Below the pieces are notes generated by a model. That model did no database searches and had not been told where the DNA came from. It was given only the letters and a program-made list of their open reading frames with translations. Positions 50,301 through 58,500 of a stretch of 64,000 nt of DNA are shown here, piece after piece. The translations under genes were made by a program, and so were the position numbers. The stretch is taken from assembly GCA_965219085.1 (NCBI GenBank), contig OZ244720.1, forward strand, positions 544,001-608,000, read 5' to 3'. Position 1 is the first letter of the stretch. Every line of letters starts with the position of its first letter. Source of the stretch: Dehalococcoidia bacterium (GTDB lineage: Bacteria > Chloroflexota > Dehalococcoidia > UBA2979).

Positions 50301-51230
50301 CTGGAGGGCATCGACGCGATCACGGTCACCGTGACCTCGGCCGACGGCAGCCGCACGCGTGTCTACCGCGTGCGCCTGGGAGAGCGGGACCGCGAAGCGA
50401 CGCCCGAGCCCTGGCCGGAGTGCCTGCGCGGCGACATCGCCGCGGGCTTCAGCACCGTCGTCTACGCGGGCGGCGGCGTCGAGGAGCTGGAGGCCTGCGC
50501 GCGCGGCCTGCACGTCACCGCCCTCTACGTGCTCGACGAGGGCGAGTTCGTCTCCTACATCCTCGGAGCGCCTGCGTTCGTGAACCAACCGTTCGTCGAG
50601 CTATTCGCCGATGGCGTCCCCCCGGTCATGCCGCTGGTCGCCGCAAGCAAGGGGCCGCCGCCCGCGGCGGACGGCGCCGGCGCGCGCCTCGCCGCGCTCA
50701 CGCTGAGCGGCGTCGCCATCGGCGAGTTCTCGGGCGAGCGCACGCAGTACGCCGGCGCCGCGGGCGAGGGCGTGACGCAGACGACGGTCGGGGCCGCGGC
50801 CGTGCAGCACACGGCGCGCGTCCTCATCGAGCCCGCCGACGGCGACGGCGACGCGGCGAACGGCCACCAGGTGGGTCTGGAGGAGGGCGCGGAGATCGTC
50901 GTCACCGTGACCTCCCAGGACGGCAGCCGCACCAGGGTCTACCGGGTGTGGGTCGGGAGCGCGAAGGAAGAGTGGGAGCCCGCGCCGGGGTGCCTGCGCG
51001 GCGGCATCGCCGCGGGCTTCAGCCTCGTCGTCTACGAGGGTGGCGGCGTCGGGCAGCTGGAGGCCTGCGCGCGGAGCCTGCACGTCAGCGCCCTCTACGT
51101 GCTCGACGAGGGCGTGTTCGTCTCCTACATCCTGGGCGCGCCTGAGTTCGTGAACCGGCCCTTCCACGAGCTGTTCCCGCACGGCCTTCCGCCCCTCACG
51201 CCGCTGGTCGCCGCAAGCGACGGGCCATAG
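44319..51230 (+). CDS. Giant secreted kexin-like S8 protease 1 (FN3, PPC-like repeats, S8, P-domain, FN3, cadherin/Ig repeats, GIWSDG propeller, C-terminal repeats)
   Basis: Triad VAVVDNG / HGTNVAG / GGTSAAAP, oxyanion AAGNG, FNHEYGFG; the full signal peptide needs a start at CTG 44319, in frame with track ORF 44364. Confidence 0.9.
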   Translation: MRSLALVVACVLLGVVAAPGLARAQAPPPAAAPTIDSVTPDERSLIVHWLAPAGVDAADISAYDVRSIESDAPDKAAGLWTVVLDAWSTGAGDLHYLITGLTNDTQYDVQVRAVTMDGEGSWSATVTGTPADHSGAIAGATALALDSTATGVIEAGGDKDFFKIVLSSATDLWLYTSSNLNTAGVLYGADGEVLRSNINPWWPDWSQDFEIRNRLGRGTYYVSVRGRWSSVTGPYTLHARTAIAPGGSIADATDITLGAPAAGRINAAGDRDVFKLVLTSAADLYIAASGYVDTFGELLDANGYRLAESDDSGLRFNRRNFAIWRAVEPGTYYVRVRGCCDWARGPYTLHTVALPPPGDSIASAEHTTHRLTPVRLAEADDEHYFAIGLSIDFYVNISAMVTHRMLSPNTRASLAAEILDQDGNPVDISLIPHSSYIAAGFGSTSFSILDELSAGTHYLRIWSPSGEPGEYLLLLYGDSAYTKQIRWCTAKETPISDPLSGCQWHLRNSGQYPGGAGQDINVEDAWTTTRGAGVNVAVVDNGMHFEHEDLTDNVDPARNRNYSSWRRSIFDPYHSHGTNVAGLIAARDNDIGMRGVAPRATIYGYDIFSEITDANIADAMFRMGEGSTPGDEDTAVSNNSWGPRHSSGPAWAHASWETAVQNGVTSGNHGKGIFYVLAAGNGHQVDDNANLNEHTNYYAVTAVCSVNYDDERSSYSETGANLWICAPSNGAGRRIATTHNGHLYTTSFGGTSAAAPIVSGVAALLRSADDSLTWRDLKLILAASARKNDEMHAGWAQGALEYGSDSERYFFNHEYGFGMVDAGAAVALAGGWTKVPALREISAESEDKDLEIPDRPSGGAPITVCRSVTVGNHVGFTEFVEINTRFDHGTFRDLQVELVSPSGAVSTLAVPVPHWGMALRSVALRDPYRFGSARHLGENAAGEWTLCITDRRPGGQGTLEAWSLTVYGHGYTPGRPEISALAPAVEALTVEWSAPADIGGSAVTAYDLRYIESNSNFGAGANWTVVEGAWTSGALEYTVGGLDFSARRDVQVRAVNDAGPSRWSATAAGAPVRNEPPFFPAGLTTTRSVAKNTGGSTPIGAPVTATDPEGDTLVYTLSGLDADLFTIESRSGQIRVAPDTTVGNQPGRTYAVEASATDPYGLKDRTFVIIGVTDQNEAPVVSGLARVDYAEQGTADVAIYSAEDPEHATIAWSLEGTDGGDFRISDTGVLGFEEPPDFESPADSGEDNEYLVRVRVSDGVNDDTLDVTVTVTNEEEAGTLTLSSQQPLVGTLLTATLDDPDGDITSLSWTWERSLNRSTWSEITGATSASYTPLAADDLNHYLQVTVEYTDGHGSGKSLAAVTHRAVEEPPPVNYPPVFADPSTTRSVAENSAEGATVGEPVTATDDNNDTLSYTLTGRDVDTFSVDDSTGQIRVKPGAALDYEDPNSFPYIVTVTASDPSTTSDSIEVEITVDDVNEAPEAVRDDATTVEDMKLTVDVLANDNDPDAGDPNDTLTVSVSTPPDNGVAEVNADRTITYAPNADFHGVDTFTYQATDAGGLSGEAMVVVTVDPVNDAPVFAEGSAEREVYAGATADTEVGDPVEATDPDGDILEYALSGIDASSFVIDSDTGQITIGADTELDPEVQETYLVTVTASDGTLMTPIEVTITVTERPAITTGGGGSGGPSGPSPSELDFEWNVKRDLEALDGGHDTPTGAWSDGTTLWVLENGDGAGDAIYAYDLNTGERLEEREFELDERNRAPRGVWSGGTVIWVSDSGQDRLFGHDLETGERLPERDLELDEDNGAARGIWSDGERMWVLDGGKDSLFAYDLGSGALVAEYALDDANGDPHGIWSDGVTIWVSDHGAKRLFAYRLEDGELVRNSEEEFTELSKASNNSPRGIWSDGEVIYVADESDDKVYSYNMPDAIDARLASLTLSGIEIGEFSGDRTEYDGVAAEGVTETTVEAEALQRRTTVLIEPADAGGDDTNGHQLALEGIDAITVTVTSADGSRTRVYRVRLGERDREATPEPWPECLRGDIAAGFSTVVYAGGGVEELEACARGLHVTALYVLDEGEFVSYILGAPAFVNQPFVELFADGVPPVMPLVAASKGPPPAADGAGARLAALTLSGVAIGEFSGERTQYAGAAGEGVTQTTVGAAAVQHTARVLIEPADGDGDAANGHQVGLEEGAEIVVTVTSQDGSRTRVYRVWVGSAKEEWEPAPGCLRGGIAAGFSLVVYEGGGVGQLEACARSLHVSALYVLDEGVFVSYILGAPEFVNRPFHELFPHGLPPLTPLVAASDGP
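49368..50375 (+). repeat. ~1-kb near-identical block shared by the two protease genes, copy 1
   Basis: Co-linear with ~59087-60094 (offset 9719), with long identical runs; encodes the propeller and beta-sandwich. Confidence 0.88.
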
Positions 51231-51378
51231 CCCGCCATGCTCCAGGAGCGCCGCGAGGCCTGCCGTGGCGACGAGGTCGACGAGTGCCTGCTCCTTGGGG
51301 TAGAGCTTCTCGCCCGGAGAGCGACGGCATCCGCACGAGCACGTCCTCCGGCTCGGGGTTGAAGACCGTCTTGCCACG

Positions 51379-51438
51379 GACGAGGAGGTCCTGGTCCTGT
51401 TCGCCTCACAGGCGGCGATAGCCATCGCCAACGCCCGT
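51379..51438 (+). pseudogene. GAF-domain C-terminal helix scrap
   Basis: Reads DEEVLVLFASQAAIAIANAR with no surrounding gene. Confidence 0.55.
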
Positions 51439-51870
51439 GGAGGCGACCCTGTTGGATTCCCGCCCGACGCTGACGCATGACGGCGGCGAGCCTACCGGCG
51501 TTCCAATCAACAACAAGCCAATGGGCGCTCCGGGGCGGGGTGGGGCGGCCGAAGGGAGCGGGGTGGTGGGTCGGCCCGCCTGAGGGCAGGTGTTCGGACC
51601 GGGACGCCTACGAGGCTGGGAAAGAACCCCAGCCTTGTCGGCCCGGCCTCGTCCGGTGGTAGATGACGATAACTTGATCGCTGATGTCGCCTTGCCGTAG
51701 CGACAAAGGCTGGACCGGCTCTTTTTCACTACCACACAGACACCGGCACGCCGCCGCGCTCGTGCGAGAGGCGATGCGCCCCGTTCTACGCGGCGCTCTC
51801 GTTCGGAGAGCGGGTCAGGCGGTTGGAGAGCGGGGCCCTACCACGGTTCGCGTCCAACACAGAGGGCCGC

Positions 51871-52125
51871 TCAGGACTCGATCAGCCTTCCTGGGGCTGG
51901 GTCCAACGCAGGGTACACGAACGCGAATTGCGGGGCGCGCGGGATCGGCATGTCGCCGAAGGGCACGTCGATGATCACCGGCGCGTCGCGCTCGAGCGCC
52001 GCCGGAAGCAGCGTTTCCAGCTCCATCGGGCCGTCCGCCCCCATGCCGACCGCGCCGAAGGACTCGGCGAGCTTCACGAAGTCAGGGGTGTGCAGGTCGG
52101 TCCCGAAGGTGCCGCCGAAGCCCGA
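51871..52125 (-). pseudogene. C-terminal fragment of a thiamine-PP-dependent (acetolactate synthase-like) enzyme
   Basis: PDFVKLAESFGAVG...ALERDAPVIIDVP; the 5' part is replaced by leader copy 2. Confidence 0.75.
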
Positions 52126-52131
52126 CGCACT

Positions 52132-52208
52132 GTTCACGATACTTTCATATCTAATGATGCCTAATTCACGCTGCATGCACTGACACCCGGCCAGTTAGCA
52201 GGAAGAAT
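52132..52208 (+). promoter_or_regulatory. Conserved leader, partial diverged copy 2
   Basis: TTCAC/TTCAT/TTCAC at 52133/52144/52165, then TGCACTGACACC...AGCAGGAAGAAT. Confidence 0.7.
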
Positions 52209-52297
52209 CGAACCGTGTCCGGCTGCGGAGGCGTAGCGCCGCCCGCGACAGGAGGTCCCTGCGTGGCCGATTCCGGCGATTCCGCACGAGCCAGGCG

Positions 52298-52544
52298 ATG
52301 ACGCTGCCCGGCGGGGTGCTGCTGGTGCTGGACGCCGCATGGGAGCGGTGCTGGTCGCTGACTTCCTCGCCCGCAACAAGATCGCGCGGAGCGGCGGGTA
52401 TCGGAGCTGGGATTCGCTCCGAACGCCTTCCTCGTGGAGACCGATCCCGGGTTCCCGTCGCTGGACCTGGCGAACGCGCTGGCCGGCCAGGACGGAGTGC
52501 TGATCTCCAGTCCCAACTGGCGCAGGGAAATCGTTCTCCATTGA
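52298..52544 (+). pseudogene. Frameshifted remnant of the chaperone-like C-terminal domain
   Basis: DNA homologous to 44077-44322 (MTLPGGVLLVLDAAW...SSPNWRREI) with indels near 52345-52400. Confidence 0.8.
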
Positions 52545-55500
52545 GATCGCTCGCGCTGGTCACCGCCTGCGTCCTGCTTGGCGTCATGGCCGCGCCCGGC
52601 CTCACGCGAGCGCAGACGCCGCCGCCCGTCGCCGCCCCGACCATCGACTCGGTCACCCCCGGCGAACGCTCGCTGATCGTGCACTGGACGCCGCCCGCCG
52701 GCGTCGACGCGGCGGACATCACCGCCTACGACGTGCGCTCCATCGAGAGCGACGCCCCGGACAAGGCCGCCGGCCACTGGACCATCGTGGCGGGCGCCTG
52801 GAGCGCGGGCGACCTGCGCTACCTCCTCAAGAGCCTGACCAACGACACGCAGTACGACGTGCAGGTGCGCGCGGTCACCATGGATGGCGAGGGCGCCTGG
52901 TCGACCACCGTCACCGGCACGCCCGCCGACCACAGCGGCGAGATCGGCGGCGCGACCGCGCTGGCGCTGAACTCCAAGGCGACCGGGGCCATCGACGCGG
53001 CTGGCGACCAGGATGTCTTCCGGATCGTGCTGACCAGCGCCGCCGCCCTGTGGATCGTCTCCAGCGGCAACACTGATCTGGTCGGGTACCTGCTCGATGC
53101 CAACGGGGTTGTCATCGCCCGAAATGACGACAGCTCCCTCTTGCACAGCCGCAGCAACTTCGCGATCTGGCACGAGGTGGAGGCGGGAACCTACTACATC
53201 AGGGTGGGCGGTTATCGATCGGAGACCGGATCGTACAGCTTCCGCCCCCGAACGCTCACCCCACCCGGTGGCTCCATCGCGGACGCCGCGGACATCTCCC
53301 TGCGGCAAACGCCGGCGCGGCTGGACTCGGCGACCGACGAGCATTACTTCGCCCTCACGATCGATGCCGACAAATACGTGTCTATCGAGGCCGTTGTCAG
53401 CCATGCCTTGTTCTCTCCCGACGAGCCCGCATCGCTGGCGGCGGAGGTCTTCGACCAGGATGGCAATCCGGTGGACATCTATCAGATCCCCCACAGCGCC
53501 TACATCGAGGACGGGCGGTCATTCATCAGCTTTACGATCTCCGGCAAACTCAGCGCCGGCACGAACTACCTCAAAATCTCGTCTCCCTCTGGCAAGCCCG
53601 GACCGTACCTACTCACGATCTCTGACGATACCGCGTACAGCAGATTCATCAATGGATGCATCGCCCGGGAGACCTCCGTCGGCGATCCCCTGTCCGGCTG
53701 TCAATGGCACCTGCGCAACAGCGGGCAATACTCCGGGGGGGCAGAACAGGACATTAACGTCGAAGCCGCGTGGACCACGACCAAGGGCGCCGGCGTGAAC
53801 GTCGCCGTGGTCGACAACGGGATGCACTTCGAGCACGAAGACCTGACGGACAACGCCGATCCCGCCCGCAACCGGAACTACTCCGCTCGCGCCGACATAT
53901 TCAACCCCTTTGAGGCCCACGGGACGAACGTGGCCGGCCTGATCGCGGCGCGGGACAACGATATCGGCATGCGCGGCGTCGCGCCCCGGGCCACGATCTA
54001 CGGCTACAACCTGATCGCGGACTTCACGGAGGCCAATACGGCGGACGCCATGTTCCGGATCGGCGAGGGGTCCACGACGGGGGACGAGGACACCGCCGTA
54101 TCCAGCAACAGCTGGGGACCATCAGCCTTCTTCGCACCGGCCCCCGCGCCCGCTGTCTGGGAGCTGGCCGTCCAGAACGGGGTGACGAGCGGCAACCACG
54201 GCAAAGGAGTCTTCTACGTCTTTTCCGTCGGCAACGAAGGGATCCAGGACGACGCCAACTTCAACGGATACGCGAACTACTACGCCGTCACCGCCGTCTG
54301 TGCCGTCAACCACAACGATGTGAGAAGCTACTACTCGGAAGTGGGCGCGAACCTGTGGGTATGCGCTCCATCCCATGATCCTTATCTGCCGAGGATCGCG
54401 ACGACCCAGAACGGCCATCGCTATATGGACAAGTTCGGGGGCACGTCCGCGGCCGTTCCCATCGTGTCCGGCGTGGCCGCGCTGCTGCGCAGCGCCAATC
54501 CCAGTCTGACCTGGCGGGACCTCAAGCTCATCCTCGCCGCGTCCGCACGCAAGAACGATGCCGACAACACGGGCTGGCAGGAGGGCGCCCTGAAGTACGG
54601 CTCCACCACAGACGACGACCGTTATTCGTTCAACCACGAGTACGGCTTTGGCATGGTGGACGCCGGGGCCGCCGTCGCTCTGGCCGGCGGCTGGAGCAAC
54701 GTTCCGGACCTGCGCGAGATCAGCGCGGAAGCGGCGGACAAGGATCTAGAGATTCCCGACGCTCCCTCCAGTGAAAACCCCATCACGGTCAGCAGCAGCG
54801 TGACGGTCGACCCCTATGTGGGATTTGTCGAGTTCGTCGAGATCAACACCACGTTCGACCACGGGGACTTCAGAGATCTCGAGATCGAGCTGGTGTCTCC
54901 TTCGGGCGCTGTGTCCACGCTGGCCGCTGCCTATCCATACCTGCGAAGAGAAGTGATATCCGCCGTACGGTTCGGCTCGGCCCCGCACCTCGGCGAGAAC
55001 GCCGCCGGCGAGTGGACGCTTCGCATCACGGACAAGTACCCGGGTGGACGGGGAAAGCTCGTTGGGTGGAGCCTGACCGCCTACGGACATGGATACTCGC
55101 CCGGGCGCCCCGACATCGCCGTGGTGGCTGCCGACCTCGGCGAGCTGACGGTTGACTGGAGCGCCCCCGGCGACATCGGCGGCTCGGCCGTCAGCGCCTA
55201 CGACCTGCGCTCTATCGAGAGTGACGCCGCCGACAAGTCGGACGACAACTGGACCGTGGAGGCAGGCATCGGGACCGTGGGCGACCTGCAGTACACGGTC
55301 TCCGGCCTGGACGCCGGCTCCGCCTACGACGTGCAGGTGCGGGCGGTCAACGCCGCCGGCGCGGGTCCCTGGTCGGCCACGCGAGTCGGGGCAACCGTTG
55401 CCACCGACGACGCCAGCCTCAGCGCCCTGGCGCTGAGCGAGGGCAGGCTGGCGCCGGCGTTCGCCGGCGGGGTGACGTCGTACACGGCATCGGTCGGGTA

Positions 55501-58500
55501 CACGGTCACGCAGATCACCGTCGCCGCCACCGTGAACGACGCCGGCGCCGCGGTCGCGTTCCTCGACGGCAATGGCAACGCGCTCGCCGACGCCGACGGC
55601 AACGCGACCGGCCAGCAGGTCAACCTGTCGGTGGGCGACAACGCGATCAACGCGCAGGTGACGGCGCGTGACGGCGTCACTACGCAGACCTACACCCTCA
55701 CGGTCACGCGGACGCAGGAGGACACGTCGCTGACGCCACCTGCGAGCGACCCCGTCGTCGCGGTCGCGTCGTCGGCCGTCTACACGATCACGTTCCAGGG
55801 GAAGTGGACCAGCGCCGTCACGCCGGAGGGCCTGCCCGGCAACGCCCACTTCTCGCGCCTCATCGGCGCCGTCCACAACGCCGCCGTGACCTTTCTCGAG
55901 AGCGGCAGGACGGCCAGCGCCGGCGTCGAGTCGATGGCGGAGAACGGGTTGACGTCGGCCCTCTGGAGCGAAATCACCAACGCCGGGCCGAACGCGACCG
56001 CCGTCCTCGAGGGGACCACGAACTCCATCGACCCAACCCTCTCAAGGACGCTCAGCGGCGTCACGCTCAGCACCGAGCACCCGCGGGTCACGCTGACGAC
56101 GATGGTCGCCCCGAGCCCGGACTGGTTCGTCGGCGTCTCGGGGCTGCCCCTGCTCGACGGCATGGGTCGCTGGCTGCGCTCGCACACGCTGAGCCTCTAC
56201 CCGTGGGACGCCGGAACCGAGGACGGGACCGGGTTCTCGCTGTCGAATCTCCCCACCAACCCGCAGGGCGTGATCACGAGCATCCGCGGGACGGGCAGGT
56301 TCTCGACCGCACCGATCGCGACCCTGACCTTCACGCGCCAGTCGGTCTCCCCGTCCTTCCCCGCCGGCGAGAGCGGCGCCCGCAGCATCCCCGAGAACAC
56401 GGCCGCCGGACAGAACGTCGGCGCGCCGGTCGCGGCCACGGACTCCGACGGCGAGACGCTCAGCTACACGCTGGGCGGGACCGACGCCGCGTCGTTCGAC
56501 ATCGTCGCCACGTCGGGCCAGCTGCGGACGCAGGCGGCTCTCGACTACGAGACCAAGTCCGGCTACGCGGTGACGGTCACGGTCACGGATCCCTCCGGCC
56601 TCAGCGCCGCGGTCGACGTGACCATCAGCGTCACGAACGTGAACGACCCTCCCCTGGTCACGGGCGATACCGAGGTGAGCTACGCCGAGAACGACACGTC
56701 GGACGTGACCACCTACGGCGCCACGGACCCCGACGACGACACGATCACCTGGTCGCTCTTGGGGACGGACGGCGGCGACTTCGGCATCAGCGACATCGGC
56801 GTGCTGCGCTTCGCCACCACGCCCGACTTCGAGACGCCGGTCGACGCCAATCGGGACAACGTCTACGAGGTGACCGTGCGTGCCGACGACGGCGCCGACC
56901 CCGTCACGCTCGGCCTGACCGTGACCGTGACCAACGACGGCCAGCCGCCGGAGTTTCCCTCCGCGACGGACACGCAGGGGGTCGCCGAGAACAGCCCCAC
57001 GTCGACGGTCGTCGCCACGGTCACGGCGACCGACCCCGACGGCGAGGCGCTCACCTACACGCTGGGCGGCGCCGACGCGGCGTCGTTCGACATCGCCAAT
57101 AGCGCCGTCGGGCAGTTGCGCGCCCAGGCGGCGCTCGACTACGAGGCCCAGAGTTCGTACCAGGTCGTCGTCACGGCCACGGACCCCTACGGCCTGAGCG
57201 ACAGCATCACGCTGACCATCAGCGTCAGCGACGTGAACGAGGCGCCGGCCTTCCCGGCCGGCGAGAGCGGCGCCCGCAGCATCCCCGAGAACACGGGCGC
57301 CGGACAGAACATCGGCGCGCCGGTCGCGGCCGCGGACGACGACAACGACGCGCTGACCTACACCCTGGGCGGCACGGACGCCGCGTCCTTCCGCATCGGC
57401 GCCTCGTCGGGCCAACTGCGCACCGATGCGGCGCTGGATCGCGAGACGAAGAGCGCCTACACGGTCAGCGTCAGGGTCCGCGACAGCCGGGACGCCAGCG
57501 GCAACCCGGACACGGCCACGGACGACACGATCACGGTCACGATCGCCATCACCGACGTGAACGAGCCGCCGGTCATCGACGGCCCGGCCAGCGTCAACTT
57601 CGCCGAGGGCGGCACGGGAACGGTCGCCACCTACACCGCCACGGACCCGGAGGGCGCCATCATCTGGGAGCCGCTTGCGGGGCCGGACCGCGACCACTTC
57701 ACTTTCAGCGGCGGCGTGCTGGGCTTCGTCGCGCCGCCCGACTTCGAGTCGCCCGTGGACAACGGCGGCAACAACGAGTACTCGGTCAGGGTGCGCGCCT
57801 CCGACGGCGCGAACCCGGCCACGCTCGACGTGACGGTGACCGTCGTCAACGAGGAGGAGCCGGGGACGCTCGGCCTCTCCTCGCAGCAGCCGCTGGTGGG
57901 GACCACGCTCGGGGCGACGCTGACGGATCCCGATCGCGTGCTCAGCGAGTCGTGGTCCTGGCGCCGCTCCCTGAACCGCAGCACCTGGAGCGAGATCACG
58001 GGGGCGACGTCAGCCAGCTACACCCCGCTCGCGGCCGACGACCTCAACCACTACCTGCAGGTCACAGTCGAGTACACCGACGGCCACGGCTCCGGCAAGC
58101 GCCTGACGCAGGCGACGGACGATGTGGTGGAGGAGCCACCGCCGGTGAACAACCCGCCGGCGTTCGCCGACCCGAGCACGTCGCGCTCCGTCGCCGAGAA
58201 CTCGGCCGAAGGGACGCCCGTCGGTGCCCCGGTCACGGCCACCGACGCCGACGGCCATAGGCTGGGGTACACGCTCACCGGCGGCGACACGGACATCTTC
58301 ACCGTCGACAGCGGGAGCGGCCAGATTCGGGTCGCGCGGGGTGCGGCCCTCGACCACGAGGCGGGCATCTCCTACTCCGTCACGGTCACCGCCAGCGACC
58401 CCCTGACCGCCTCCGATAGCATCTCTGTCAGCATCAGTATCGACGACGTGAACGAGCGGCCACAGGCGGTCGACGACGCGCTCACGATCGACGAGGACGC

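Noticed and set aside
52298-52540. First 81 codons of the 2791-aa ORF as part of protease 2
   Set aside because: They are a frameshifted chaperone-domain remnant; the signal peptide starts at TTG 52541.
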